Source: Promethearchaeota archaeon
GTDB taxonomy: Archaea; Asgardarchaeota; Lokiarchaeia; Sigyniarchaeales; SOKP01
Direction of reading: 5' to 3'
Assembly (NCBI GenBank): GCA_048938025.1
Contig: JBHLMP010000005.1
Span: 1 to 64,000 of the forward strand
Length of the DNA stretch: 64,000 nt
In this document: positions 1 through 10,871 of the stretch, one piece after another
Layout of the letters: each line of letters begins with the position of its first letter
Numbering within the stretch: position 1 is the stretch's first letter
Made by a program: the position numbers and the translations under genes
The notes under the pieces: generated by a model
Told to the model about the DNA's origin: nothing
What the model saw: the letters and a program-made list of their open reading frames with translations, nothing else
Database searches by the model: none

Positions 1-147
1 AAAGATTTTTCAGATGCTAAATTAACAAAAGTTATTCATATTGCAAGGAGAATTTTACAAAATCCTACTAAAAAAGCAATTCAAAAATTAGGTCAAGATT
101 TAATCGCGGAAACTGGTTTTGATGAACATCTTTACTTTACTGATTAA
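1..147 (+). CDS. 3' end of a CDS truncated by the window edge (KDFSDAKLTKVIHIARRILQNP...HLYFTD*)
   Basis: Frame 1 is open from base 1 to TAA at 145-147; not in the ORF track; product unknown. Confidence 0.55.
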   Translation, partial: KDFSDAKLTKVIHIARRILQNPTKKAIQKLGQDLIAETGFDEHLYFTD

Positions 148-328
148 TATCTTTAACCTACTCTTCTTATATCCCTGTAAAGATTAAAAAAGTTAAAAAA
201 AAGACATAATGTAAATTTTTACGTGTCAAAACATTATTGATTATATTGGGATTAAATCTAAAAGTGAAATTTTAAATAAAATTGAATCATTTTTATTAGC
301 TTATCAAAGGTAAGAGTTGAATTTTAAA

Positions 329-1126
329 ATGAGCAAGGAACTAGAAATTTATCAGGAATATGGAAAAAAAATTGAGGAATATTTAAGACCTTCTACTTAT
401 CCAATAGCAATAAAATTGATCAAAAACGAAGCAGAAATCCCAATTAGGAGTAGAAGACCTAAATCAAACTTAAAATTGCGAACTTACTTATGCCAAAACT
501 TTCTTATGGCTCGCTCTTATGGTTGGACAGTGGCAGTCACAGCTGAGGATTGCGCCTGCCCAATGGTTAGAGGAATTTTTGGCTGGGACCCTATGACGGA
601 GAGCGGATTAAATATGATGCATCAATTCTTCGTTGGTCGTTATGCAAAGAATCTCGAAATTTCAAAAACATTTGAAAAACATATGAATTTTTTAAACGAT
701 GATTTTATTGGTCTTGTGATTTCTCCATTAACTCGAACTAAAATAGAACCAGATGTAGTTCAAATATATGGTTTACCAGCTCAAATAATGCGTTTAATCC
801 ATGGTTATCTTTTTTTTCAAGGAGAAGTTCTTGAATTCAAGTCTTCAGGAAGGCAAGCTTCTTGTAATGAAGGTTTAGCTAAAACTTTCTTAACCGATCA
901 ACCTCAGTTAGTAATTTTAGGAAATGGGGATAGAGTATGGGGCGGTGCTGAAGATTCAGAACTTATGTTTTCTATTCCAAAAAGTAAGTTGGAACTTGTT
1001 ATAAAAGGTTTAGAAGCAAGTCATAAAGGAGGAATAAGATACCCAATACCGAAATATATGAATTACACACCAGACCTTTTAGCAGGTTTTACAAGAAGGC
1101 CTAAAAAAAGAGATAAAAAGCAATAA
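329..1126 (+). CDS. DUF169 family protein
   Basis: LRPSTYPIAIK, LCQ..AR.YGW, CACP, EPDVVQIYG.PAQ.MRL, ASC, GNGDR..GG...ELMFSIP pattern; ATG at 329 preferred over TTG 317. Confidence 0.8.
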   Translation: MSKELEIYQEYGKKIEEYLRPSTYPIAIKLIKNEAEIPIRSRRPKSNLKLRTYLCQNFLMARSYGWTVAVTAEDCACPMVRGIFGWDPMTESGLNMMHQFFVGRYAKNLEISKTFEKHMNFLNDDFIGLVISPLTRTKIEPDVVQIYGLPAQIMRLIHGYLFFQGEVLEFKSSGRQASCNEGLAKTFLTDQPQLVILGNGDRVWGGAEDSELMFSIPKSKLELVIKGLEASHKGGIRYPIPKYMNYTPDLLAGFTRRPKKRDKKQ

Positions 1127-1149
1127 ATTAGCCGAGGAAAATTAAATAT

Positions 1150-2772
1150 TTATTTAAACTCTTTTTTATATACTGTTTTACCTCGAATAATCGTCTCAAG
1201 AACCTGAATTTCTCTAATTTTACCCATTGGGACTTCAAGGGGATTTTTATCTAATATGACTAAATCAACTAATTTTCCGATTTCTATACTTCCCTTTATA
1301 TCATCTTCAAATGATGCATAAGCACCATTGATTGTATACGTTTTTAATGCTTCATACATTGTTAAACATTCTTCAGGAATAAAACCATTCCGAGTTACTA
1401 AACAGTGAAGACCTAGAATAGGATCAGGATTTTCAACGGGGCAATCAGAACCAGCAGCAAGAATTACTCCAGCATCTACTATAGATTTGAAAGGATATGT
1501 ATTATTACATCTTTCTTTTCCTAATCTTTTTTCAAGCCAGTTAGTTTCTGAATGAATAAACGGTGGTTGACATGATGCTATTATTCCATACTCTTTCATA
1601 TCTTTTATTATATCTTCTGTCAATATGGAGGCATGTTCGATTCGGTGTCTATGATTTTCCCTAGGGAATTTCTTTAAAAGTTTTTTATATAAATTCACTA
1701 CAATTCTGTTAGCTTCATCACCAATTGCATGAATTGCTATTTGAAACCCTAGATTATGAGCAATTTTCATTCGTTCATATAGCTCATCTTGATTTATTAC
1801 ACCATATCCACGATTTTCGGGTTGATCTGAATAAGCATCATGCATAAGAGCTGTAGATGCTCCCAATGCACCATCCATCCAAGCTTTAATACACCCCACT
1901 TTAAATTTACCATCTCTTTTACCTTCATCCAATGGTGGCTTTTTGAGTTTTTTTAGTCTTTTTGGATTTGCTGTAAAGACTATGCTATAATAATTCTGTA
2001 AAATATTTTCTCGTATTGTTCTTAAAATAGGAATGGCAATTCCACCTAAATTTGATACTCCTCCTTTTCTATCCAGTTCAATTACTCCATGAATTGAGGT
2101 TATTCCTTTTGCTGCCAGACCTCTAAAAAATTCTGAAGCTATTTTTTTAATTGCATCTGAATCTGGGAGTGTAATAATTGATAATATCAAATTTGTAGCA
2201 TTTTCTGTTAAAATACCTGTTGGCTCACCTTTCTCATTTCGTTGGATTTCCCCTCCTTCGGGTGATACTGTACTATTATTGATTCCTACCAATTCTAACG
2301 CTTTACTATTAGCAACTCCTAAATGAACATCATGGCGAAAAATAAATACAGGATTGTTAGGACTTACTCGATCTAAATCCCATCGTGTAGGTAATACAGG
2401 ATTGTCAAATCTTAGTTCATCTAATTTAAATCCTAAAATTAATTCATTAGGGCTTTTAGCCTTAATAAGTTCCTTCAAAAATAGTATTAGTTCCTTTAAA
2501 CTTCTTATTTTAGAAAAATCAGGGTAAAGTAAAAGAAATAATGCTCCAATTGCATGCATATGACAGTCTATAAATCCAGGAAGGAGAGTTTTTCCTTTTA
2601 AATCTACTAATTCAAAATTATCTTTTAAATTTGCTTGAATATCGTCAAATGATCCAACAGCAATAATCTTTTCTCCTTCAATGCAGACAGCATCAACAAA
2701 AGGCTGTGTTTCGTTCATTGTAATGATCGAACCACCATAATAAATTTTTTTTTTTAATTTATCTTCACTCAA
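1150..2772 (-). CDS. amidohydrolase 3 family (YtcJ-like) metal-dependent hydrolase
   Basis: PGFIDCHMH, HAIGD, RIEHAS, GSDCPV, YTINGAYA, GSIEIGK motifs. Confidence 0.9.
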   Translation of the reverse strand: MSEDKLKKKIYYGGSIITMNETQPFVDAVCIEGEKIIAVGSFDDIQANLKDNFELVDLKGKTLLPGFIDCHMHAIGALFLLLYPDFSKIRSLKELILFLKELIKAKSPNELILGFKLDELRFDNPVLPTRWDLDRVSPNNPVFIFRHDVHLGVANSKALELVGINNSTVSPEGGEIQRNEKGEPTGILTENATNLILSIITLPDSDAIKKIASEFFRGLAAKGITSIHGVIELDRKGGVSNLGGIAIPILRTIRENILQNYYSIVFTANPKRLKKLKKPPLDEGKRDGKFKVGCIKAWMDGALGASTALMHDAYSDQPENRGYGVINQDELYERMKIAHNLGFQIAIHAIGDEANRIVVNLYKKLLKKFPRENHRHRIEHASILTEDIIKDMKEYGIIASCQPPFIHSETNWLEKRLGKERCNNTYPFKSIVDAGVILAAGSDCPVENPDPILGLHCLVTRNGFIPEECLTMYEALKTYTINGAYASFEDDIKGSIEIGKLVDLVILDKNPLEVPMGKIREIQVLETIIRGKTVYKKEFK

Positions 2773-2779
2773 TTAATTT

Positions 2780-4411
2780 CTACCTCTTACTACTTAATAA
2801 TTTCTTAAATACAGTCTTTCCTCTAATTATTGTTTCAAGAACTTTGATTGTTTGGATTTCATGATTAGAAACTTCTAACGGATTTTTATCTAAAATCACT
2901 AAATCTGCAAATTTTCCAACTTCAATGCTGCCTTTTATATCCTCTTCAAAGGCAGCATAAGCAGCATTAATAGTATATGTTTTTAATGCTTCTTCAATTG
3001 TTAAACACTCTTCAGGTATAAAATTATTTCGTGAAATTAATGCATGTAAACCCAAAATAACACTTGTATCTTCAACAGGACAATCAGAACCGGATATTAA
3101 GACTACACCGTTATTAACTAAAGATTTGAATGGATAAGTATATTTACAACGTTCTTTTCCAATCCTTTTTTCTAACCAAGTATATTCAGAATTGAGAAAT
3201 GGTGGTTGGCAAGATGCTATTATCCCATATTCTTTCATATCTTCTATCACATCTTTTGTTAACATTGAAGCATGTTCAATTCGGTGTCTATGATTACTTT
3301 TAGGAAATTCATTTAAAAGTTTTTTATATAAATCTACTGCTATTCGATTTGCTTTATCGCCAATTGCATGAATAACAATTTGAAATCCATTATTATGGGC
3401 TAATTTCATTTTTTCATATATTTCATCTTCCTCAACAATGCAAAAGCCACACATCTCAGGAGCATCAGTAAACGCTTCAAACATGCAAGCTGTTTTTGCT
3501 CCAAAACTTCCATCAAGAAATAATTTTAAACTACCAACTTTAAATTTACTATCTTTCTTTCCCTCATCCAAGGGAGGTTTTTTCAAATCTATGAGCTTTA
3601 GTGGATCTTCTGCATTTACCATGATATACCAATTTTGAAGGATTTTTTCTTGAATGGATTTTAATATTGAAACTTCTGATGAGCCAAAAAGTCCATAGTA
3701 ACTTTTCTTACCAAAGTAAACAATACCTTGTAGAGATGTAATTCCATTACTAGCAAATATCTTAAATGCTGTTGAGGCTGCTTTATCCAAATCTTCTTTC
3801 TTTGGAATGGTAATTTTAGAGAGAATAAGTGATAAGGCTTTTTCTGATAATACTCCAGTTAGTTCACCCTTCTCATTTTTCCTTATTTCACCGCCTTCTG
3901 GAATCTCCGAATTTCTATCTATTCCTGCTAATTCTAGTGCTTTACTGTTTGCTACACCTATATGTCCATCATATCTTAATATAAAAACTGGTTTATTAGG
4001 GCAAGCTTCATCTAAATCCATTCTGGTTGGCAACAGAGGATCGTCGAATTTTTCTTCAGAAAAGTTGAATCCGATTGTTAACTCATCTTTACTTTTTTTT
4101 TCTACTGCTTTTTTCAAAATTGATTGGAGATCTTTTAACCCTTTAACATTTGAAAGATCTGGGTTCAACAAGTGGAGAAGGAATTGAATAGGATGAAGGT
4201 GACAATCAATAAAACCGGGTATGAGAGTTTTTCCTTTCAAATCTATCATTTTATATTCAGCAATTAGATCTTTTTTAACTTCTCTTAACTCTCCAATAGA
4301 TACAATTTTTTCACCAACAATCCCTACTGCATTTGCAAGAGGTTGTTTAGGATTCATTGTAATAATTGAACCACCATAAAACACTTTTTTCTCTAATTCT
4401 ACTGAAATCAT
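2780..4411 (-). CDS. amidohydrolase 3 family (YtcJ-like), tandem paralog
   Basis: PGFIDCHLH, HAIGD, RIEHAS, GSDCPV, GSIEVGKFAD; colinear with the neighbouring paralog. Confidence 0.9.
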   Translation of the reverse strand: MISVELEKKVFYGGSIITMNPKQPLANAVGIVGEKIVSIGELREVKKDLIAEYKMIDLKGKTLIPGFIDCHLHPIQFLLHLLNPDLSNVKGLKDLQSILKKAVEKKSKDELTIGFNFSEEKFDDPLLPTRMDLDEACPNKPVFILRYDGHIGVANSKALELAGIDRNSEIPEGGEIRKNEKGELTGVLSEKALSLILSKITIPKKEDLDKAASTAFKIFASNGITSLQGIVYFGKKSYYGLFGSSEVSILKSIQEKILQNWYIMVNAEDPLKLIDLKKPPLDEGKKDSKFKVGSLKLFLDGSFGAKTACMFEAFTDAPEMCGFCIVEEDEIYEKMKLAHNNGFQIVIHAIGDKANRIAVDLYKKLLNEFPKSNHRHRIEHASMLTKDVIEDMKEYGIIASCQPPFLNSEYTWLEKRIGKERCKYTYPFKSLVNNGVVLISGSDCPVEDTSVILGLHALISRNNFIPEECLTIEEALKTYTINAAYAAFEEDIKGSIEVGKFADLVILDKNPLEVSNHEIQTIKVLETIIRGKTVFKKLLSSKR

Positions 4412-4515
4412 GTATAATTCTTTCTCTTTTTACTTAATTAATTTAAGCTTTATAAAAAATTTTTAATAAAAAAAAAATAGTTAATTAGATTGATGTATCT
4501 ATTGGATAAGCATTA

Positions 4516-4860
4516 TTATCCGAAAACAATAATTAATGCAAGACCGATAATTGCCACGCTTGAGGCTAAAACGCATCCTGCTCTAACTACCGGTGAAAGC
4601 GACTCGTCAATCACGGCTCCCATGAAAGTAGAGAGGGCAAAGAATAGCATCCCTAATTGAATGAAAAACACTGAGAGTGTTGTGAGTGTATAGTAAGAGT
4701 CCCAAAAATCTGAATCATGAGTTTCTTCATTTATATAATAGAGATTATATGACATAACTAGTACAATTCCTACGATAAAAAGAATCACACCCACTGCAAA
4801 AATCTTCATATAATTTTTTTCAACCATAGATCGAAATGATTGTGTTGAAATTGATCTCAC
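4516..4860 (-). CDS. small 3-TM membrane protein, hypothetical
   Basis: Three hydrophobic helices; the GTG lies inside a GGTGAG SD motif, so the true start may be ATT at 4851. Confidence 0.7.
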   Translation of the reverse strand: MRSISTQSFRSMVEKNYMKIFAVGVILFIVGIVLVMSYNLYYINEETHDSDFWDSYYTLTTLSVFFIQLGMLFFALSTFMGAVIDESLSPVVRAGCVLASSVAIIGLALIIVFG

Positions 4861-5083
4861 CTTTAAAATTGGTATTCTTATATTGTTGCGAAAATATATA
4901 AATCTTTACATATGTAAAGATATAATTCTAATCCTTCTTTCTTTGCATTGATTATCTGTTTAAGAATTTTATTTTTAGCCCTTTAAATTATTAAAATATA
5001 CATTTTAAAAAATAATAAGGTTATAAGAAAAATATTAAAATTATAAAATAATTCTTAGGATTAATAATTGGAGATTATGTAAA

Positions 5084-7423
5084 ATGAAAGCATCTATTTT
5101 GAAAAAATTAAATTTGATGATTGAAGAAGCTAATTCATTTAAAGATAAAAATAAATATCAAAAAGCAATCGACAAATTGCATGAAGCTATAGATTTTGTT
5201 AATGAAAAAGTTAAAGAACCTGAAGATAAAGAAACAGAAATAAATAATATTAAAAATGTAATCAATCAGACTTATTCTGTTGAAGTTAATGATTATATTC
5301 AACAAGCTATTCGTTTAGTCTCTCAACAAGAATTTGATAAAGCCTATGAAAATTTTCAAGAAGCATTAAAGGTAGCTGATAACATTGATGACCTAGATTT
5401 TAAGGAAACTGAAGTACAAGAAATTAATAAAATAAATAACGAGGCAAAACTGAAAGAATTAATAATAGATGCTGTAAATTTAAGAGAAAGTAAAAATTTT
5501 GATGATGCAGTTGAAACTTTCAATAAAGGATTAATTATTGCTGAGGAAATTTATGAAGGCATCCCTAAAATTGAAGAACAAGATAAAATTAAGGCTGAAA
5601 TTGATCAAACTTGTTCAACTCAAATAAAATTAATTCTTGAAAAGGGAAACCAGTTGAAACTAACTGGTAGAAGTGAAGATGCCATAAAAGAATTTGAGAA
5701 AGCTTTAAAACTCACTGATAATTTTTACAATTCTGAGCAAAAGAATAAGGAAATTACTAATATAAAAAATTTAATTAATCTAATTTATTCTAATAAGATT
5801 AAACCCATTGTTGATAAAACCAGGGAATTAGTGACTCAAAATAATATTAGTAGTGCAATTTCAGAATCAAAAAATGCTTTAGACATCGCAAATAGAATGT
5901 ATGATTCTGATTTAAAAAACCTTGAAATAAGTATAATCGCTGAAATCATAAATCCTTTCTATATTGAGAAAGTCAACCCAATAATAGAAAAAGGAAAGAA
6001 AATAACTCAACAAGATAAATTTGAGGAATCTACAACAAAAATAAATGAAGCTGTGAAAATTTTTAAAGAAGCTTTAGATGGGGCTAATTCAATGATTCCA
6101 GATATAAAAAAAGACCAAGAAATAAAAAATATTAGTGATCTAATCAACAATACCTGTTTAGCAGGAATTAATTTAATTAAAGAAAATTCAGTAAATAACA
6201 TAATGCAAAAAAAATATGAAGATGCTGTGAGTCAATTATATTCTGCAATAAGTATTGCTAAAATTATGACCTATCCAGAGGAAGAAAATGAAGAAATTGA
6301 AAATTTAAAGAATTTAGTCAATAAAGTGTATTCTGCCCAAGTAAAAGAAGTTCTAACCAGGGGAAATAAACTGGAGAATGAAGATGAATATGAGGAAGCT
6401 ATAACAGTTTACAATAAAGCCTTGGATATAACGAATAAAATGTATCTCACAGACGAGATGGAAAAGGAGGTAGGAGAGATTAAAGGTCTAATTTATCAAA
6501 CAGAGATAAAACAACTAGTAGGTAAGGGTGGTTTAGCAGAAACGCAGCAACTTAAAGAAAAAGAGATCGAAAAACTTAAAAAAAGATTAGATTACGCTAA
6601 CTCAATTGAAGATGAGAAACGTAGAATCGAAGAAATGAGTAAAATAAAAAAATTGATAGACGAGGTTCACTCTGATGAAATTAGACTTTTAATTGAACAA
6701 GGAAATCAGTTAGCTAAACAATTTAAATGGGAAGATGCTTTCAAATTTTATGAAAGAGCTCTTAAAGTAAATGAGTTAATGGAAGAACCTGATATGCAAA
6801 ATAAAAATTTAATTAGAGAACGATATAAAACGGAATTAGTTAATAAAACTAAGCAAAATTTAAGAAAAAATCCCGATATAGCAATTGAATCCTGCAATAG
6901 AGCAACTGAATTAGATGAAAACTATGTAGAGGCATATTATCATCTTGGTCTTGCCTATAATAATAAAAGGCGCTATGATGCTGCGATTCAGAATTTTAAC
7001 AAAGCTGTGAGATTAAATCCTAAACATTCTGAATCCTGGAATAACATGGGACTTGCTTATGAAGCTAAAAATGAATTGGATAGTTCCATTGATTCATATA
7101 AAAAAGCCGTTGAAATTGACCCTAATTATTCATTAGCATATTTTAATATGGCTAATGTATATAAACTTAAAAAAGAATTTGATTTAGCCATCAGTAATTA
7201 TAGAAAAGCGACTGAAATAGATCAAGAGTTTGCCAAAGCATGGTTTTTCTTGGGTTATGCTTACTTTGATATAAAAGATTACAATATGGGTATTCAACAC
7301 ATTGAAAAAGCTATTAATTTAAGCCCAGATTTGGGTGTTGAGGTAAGTTCTGATATTAAAGAATTAAAAAACTTAATAGATAAATTAGAATCAAACTTAT
7401 CTGAAAAATTTATTAATAGATAA
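5084..7423 (+). CDS. tetratricopeptide repeat protein with N-terminal ~58-aa helical repeats
   Basis: C-terminal canonical TPRs (AYYHLGLAY..AIQNFNKAVRLNP, SWNNMGLAY, AYFNMANVY, AWFFLGYAY); N-terminal A..A...K..EI..I...IN..Y repeats. Confidence 0.85.
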   Translation: MKASILKKLNLMIEEANSFKDKNKYQKAIDKLHEAIDFVNEKVKEPEDKETEINNIKNVINQTYSVEVNDYIQQAIRLVSQQEFDKAYENFQEALKVADNIDDLDFKETEVQEINKINNEAKLKELIIDAVNLRESKNFDDAVETFNKGLIIAEEIYEGIPKIEEQDKIKAEIDQTCSTQIKLILEKGNQLKLTGRSEDAIKEFEKALKLTDNFYNSEQKNKEITNIKNLINLIYSNKIKPIVDKTRELVTQNNISSAISESKNALDIANRMYDSDLKNLEISIIAEIINPFYIEKVNPIIEKGKKITQQDKFEESTTKINEAVKIFKEALDGANSMIPDIKKDQEIKNISDLINNTCLAGINLIKENSVNNIMQKKYEDAVSQLYSAISIAKIMTYPEEENEEIENLKNLVNKVYSAQVKEVLTRGNKLENEDEYEEAITVYNKALDITNKMYLTDEMEKEVGEIKGLIYQTEIKQLVGKGGLAETQQLKEKEIEKLKKRLDYANSIEDEKRRIEEMSKIKKLIDEVHSDEIRLLIEQGNQLAKQFKWEDAFKFYERALKVNELMEEPDMQNKNLIRERYKTELVNKTKQNLRKNPDIAIESCNRATELDENYVEAYYHLGLAYNNKRRYDAAIQNFNKAVRLNPKHSESWNNMGLAYEAKNELDSSIDSYKKAVEIDPNYSLAYFNMANVYKLKKEFDLAISNYRKATEIDQEFAKAWFFLGYAYFDIKDYNMGIQHIEKAINLSPDLGVEVSSDIKELKNLIDKLESNLSEKFINR

Positions 7424-7712
7424 ACCCTTGATGATTAAATTTTTTCAAAGAACTAATTTTTATAGAGATTATTATTTTTAAATTTATTCAATTATTTCAA
7501 TTTTTGTAGTATAATTTTGTCGTATTAACTTTATGAACATTGAAAAAAATTCAGTTTTTTTAAAAGATATATAAAGGATAATTTTTCATTTTGAACATTA
7601 TTTAAATAAATCTAATCTTAATGAAATTATTTCATGCTAAAGTAAGGTTTTTATATTCATTTTCATTATATATATAAATAACTGAAAAAGATTTAAAAAA
7701 AAGCGACTAAAA

Positions 7713-7916
7713 ATGCAATATTGTACGAAATGTGGTGTTAAACACAAATTCTCTACGGGTATAATTTTTGAGGATGATCGAAAGAGATATGGATGGAATT
7801 GCATGAATTATAATTCTGATTCTGAAATTGTACAAATTCAAGAAGAAATCCTGGCTAATTATATTAAGAGTTTAAAAACGGATGAAAATAAGAATCTTTT
7901 ATTGATTTACGAATAG
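7713..7916 (+). CDS. small hypothetical protein with N-terminal CxxC
   Basis: ATG start, CTKC and WNC, TATA-like tatataaa about 35 nt upstream. Confidence 0.5.
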   Translation: MQYCTKCGVKHKFSTGIIFEDDRKRYGWNCMNYNSDSEIVQIQEEILANYIKSLKTDENKNLLLIYE

Positions 7917-8303
7917 AGGAAAATAATTTTCACCTAATTCTCTTTTTAATTGAGTTATTTATTGTTAATGATTTTTATTAGTAGTTTACTTTAGTTTTTA
8001 TTTAAACCAAGGAAATAATCCTCGATAATTGTAATTCTAAAAAGCATTAAAAGTATAGGAATGCTAGAAAAAAAGTAATTCTTATAAAATATTTAGAATA
8101 TGTTGCTTGACTAGGTATTCAGTATTTTCGGTTATAAGTTGGTTCTTTTCAAGTTCAGGACATATCTGTCCTTAATTTTTAATACTAATTTTTAATGAAA
8201 AAAAATTTCAAAAAAAAATATAAAGGTACTAATATATTTCTGTTTATATCTTTTTTTTCAGTTTAATTGAATTATTGATGGATACTAAATCGAAGGATTT
8301 TTA

Positions 8304-9419
8304 ATGAAGCGGATAAAAAGCATAGATACTTTTCGCGGGTGGTGCATGTTTATGATGGTTCTTGGACATATGCTTTCTTGGTGGGTAAGACATGAAGATC
8401 ATTGGTTAACTTTCGCACTTCATTCAATTTTTGGTGATATCGTAGGTACTGGTTTCTTATTTTTTTCAGGAGTAAGTACGGTAATATATCTCCGGAGTAG
8501 ACTTACTAAAGCTGAAACGTCAGATGATAAAAATATAAAACAAGTAAATAACGAATACTTATTTCGAGCTATAATAATATTAATTTTAGCTCTACTATAT
8601 TCTAGCGCTACAGCAGTAGGAACATTAGATCCTCTGGATATTTGGAAATGGTATATACCACTTACAATAGCTATTTCACTATTATTATCATTTTTCCTAT
8701 TAAAAACTTCAAAATCATTTAGAATCATTATTGCCGTAATTTTTTGGATTAGCCATTATTATATTCTTTCAATTCTTTTACCATATGAAGGACAAGTTAA
8801 CATTTTTGGAGCCATATATCATGTTTTGTATCATGGTTTACATCCTATTCTATACTATTTCAGCTTTTTTCTAGTAGGGACGGTTGTAGGAGATGTTATG
8901 CTTGAGATATTTCTCAGAGAAGATCAAAAAGAAAGGAGATTAGCATTAAAAAATAAATTCTTGCTTCCTTCATTAATAATGGGCACAATTCTCATATTAT
9001 TTGCAGTTTTATTTCTTTTTCCTGACTTTTTAATACATGAAACTTTTGCATCAACAATATATTCACTCGGAGTAATATTAACTTCCTTTTCTGTTTTATT
9101 AATCCTTGAAGAATTCGAAGTCATAAAAGTAAAAAAAAGCTATAGATTTTTCTATTTCTACTCTTTTTATTCTTTCACCATCTATTTTTCGCATAATATC
9201 ATTTATTTTATTTTTTTAAATCAATTAAATGCATTAAACTTCTGGATTGCTGCAATAGGGACATTTATTTTGTTATCTCTATTAATTAGATTCATGTATA
9301 AGAATTATGGTGCAAAAGTTTCTTTAAAGGCCCAAATTGGCAGAGTAGCGTCAATTTTAGCGAGAAAAGTTGAAGAAAAGAAAAAAGAACAGATAGAATT
9401 ATTAAATATTAAGAAATAA
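8304..9419 (+). CDS. DUF1624 / HGSNAT-like membrane acyltransferase family protein
   Basis: N-terminal RIKSIDTFRG..MFMMVLGH, GFLFFSGVS, about 10 TM, C-terminal SFTIYFSH. Confidence 0.8.
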   Translation: MKRIKSIDTFRGWCMFMMVLGHMLSWWVRHEDHWLTFALHSIFGDIVGTGFLFFSGVSTVIYLRSRLTKAETSDDKNIKQVNNEYLFRAIIILILALLYSSATAVGTLDPLDIWKWYIPLTIAISLLLSFFLLKTSKSFRIIIAVIFWISHYYILSILLPYEGQVNIFGAIYHVLYHGLHPILYYFSFFLVGTVVGDVMLEIFLREDQKERRLALKNKFLLPSLIMGTILILFAVLFLFPDFLIHETFASTIYSLGVILTSFSVLLILEEFEVIKVKKSYRFFYFYSFYSFTIYFSHNIIYFIFLNQLNALNFWIAAIGTFILLSLLIRFMYKNYGAKVSLKAQIGRVASILARKVEEKKKEQIELLNIKK

Positions 9420-9512
9420 GGAGAAAATAATTTTTATGTGTTATTCTGTTTCTAAATTTTATTTATCTTATATCAAGAACTTAATATTTATAAGAACATC
9501 GCTTTGAAGTAT

Positions 9513-10781
9513 TTAGAGTAGCATAGCTCTAAAAAATTTTGGACTTAATGTTATTTTTGAAAGCACGGGAAGCTTCCCGAACCATCTTTCCCCAACATAT
9601 CTGTCATTACTTGTATTATGGTTTGCTAGATCATGGTTAATATATGCTTCATAAATGTACTTTCTTGCCAACCCATCTTCATTAAGCAGTTCTGTATATA
9701 AGCGCCATAAAGACTTCATATAGGAACTTTCATTATAAATCAAGTATTCAAGGGCATTTCCATTCTTAAAATAAGTCATTAAGATGCGTTTAACTTCTTG
9801 ATCATACTTTTGTAGCTCTGATCGGCTAAAATTACTACCTTTTTCAAATAATGGTTTTACAGTATTGGAAGCTATATCAGCACAAGCTACTCCAGGCAAC
9901 AATCCTTCGTAAAAGAAGGCAGTTACTATCCCGGCAGCTTCTCCTAAAACAAGAACTCGATTTTGTGAGAAGTGCTTGATTGGATGTTTAGAAATGTCTC
10001 CTACAACTGCAGTTGATAAATTATATTTTAACCCTTCGATAAATGGTTGGATATGTTTATAGTTTCTTAAAATTCTTTCAAGTTTAGAGATAATTTCCTC
10101 CCGCGATTGATTTTTTTCACCTAAAAATCCTGCAGAAATTCTCTCTTTGCCTTTATTAAAGAAAAAAGGGCCATTACTACTTATTTTAGGATTGATGTGA
10201 AAAGTATAGTTCCATTCAATATTCTCATTTATTTTATTTTCATCTCCAAATAGATGGAGATAGGTCCCTGTGTAATGATCTGGAATTTCAAATCCCAAAG
10301 ATCGCTGTAGATCAAAACCACGTGAGCCAGTTGCCAATGCCAATAGTCTTGTTGAATATGAAGCGCCCTTAGCATTGATTAGTTCTAAATGATCACTATG
10401 TCTGTTTATTTGAGAGATTTTTTCATTAGAATTAAAGTCTCCTCCTTGTTGTTCAAATTGATTTATTAATTCTCCAATGAGGTTTTCAGTATAACATATA
10501 TTTCCTAAAGGTATTCCAAATTCGGTAGAATCGATAACACCATTAAACTTATCACTCATGTAATTTGATTTCGTGTGTTTACAAGGAAAGATTGATCTAT
10601 TATCCCAATCAATCTCATTTTTTATAAAGGGTCTATTATGTTCTGGAAAAATATTTGTTCTTATTGGAATCTCTGTTTTATAATCTTGGGCTTCTATAAG
10701 AAGTGTCTTTGCATATTTCGAAATTTTGTTTGCAAAAGAAGCACCTGATACTCCAGAGCCAATGACAATAACATCATACAT
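9513..10781 (-). CDS. FAD-dependent oxidoreductase, geranylgeranyl reductase-like
   Basis: YDVIVIGSGVSG Rossmann motif, ATG motif, VLVLGEAAG...F.YEG. Confidence 0.7.
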   Translation of the reverse strand: MYDVIVIGSGVSGASFANKISKYAKTLLIEAQDYKTEIPIRTNIFPEHNRPFIKNEIDWDNRSIFPCKHTKSNYMSDKFNGVIDSTEFGIPLGNICYTENLIGELINQFEQQGGDFNSNEKISQINRHSDHLELINAKGASYSTRLLALATGSRGFDLQRSLGFEIPDHYTGTYLHLFGDENKINENIEWNYTFHINPKISSNGPFFFNKGKERISAGFLGEKNQSREEIISKLERILRNYKHIQPFIEGLKYNLSTAVVGDISKHPIKHFSQNRVLVLGEAAGIVTAFFYEGLLPGVACADIASNTVKPLFEKGSNFSRSELQKYDQEVKRILMTYFKNGNALEYLIYNESSYMKSLWRLYTELLNEDGLARKYIYEAYINHDLANHNTSNDRYVGERWFGKLPVLSKITLSPKFFRAMLL

Positions 10782-10871
10782 AATTAAGTTTCAAAATAAA
10801 TAACAATAAAAAAGGTTTTTCTTAAGACCTCCTTCTTCTTTTCTTAATGAAAAGATTAAGAATATGAAATT

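Noticed and set aside
7930-8170. Possible degraded ORF on the minus strand
   Set aside because: Stops in the frames examined and no recognisable family
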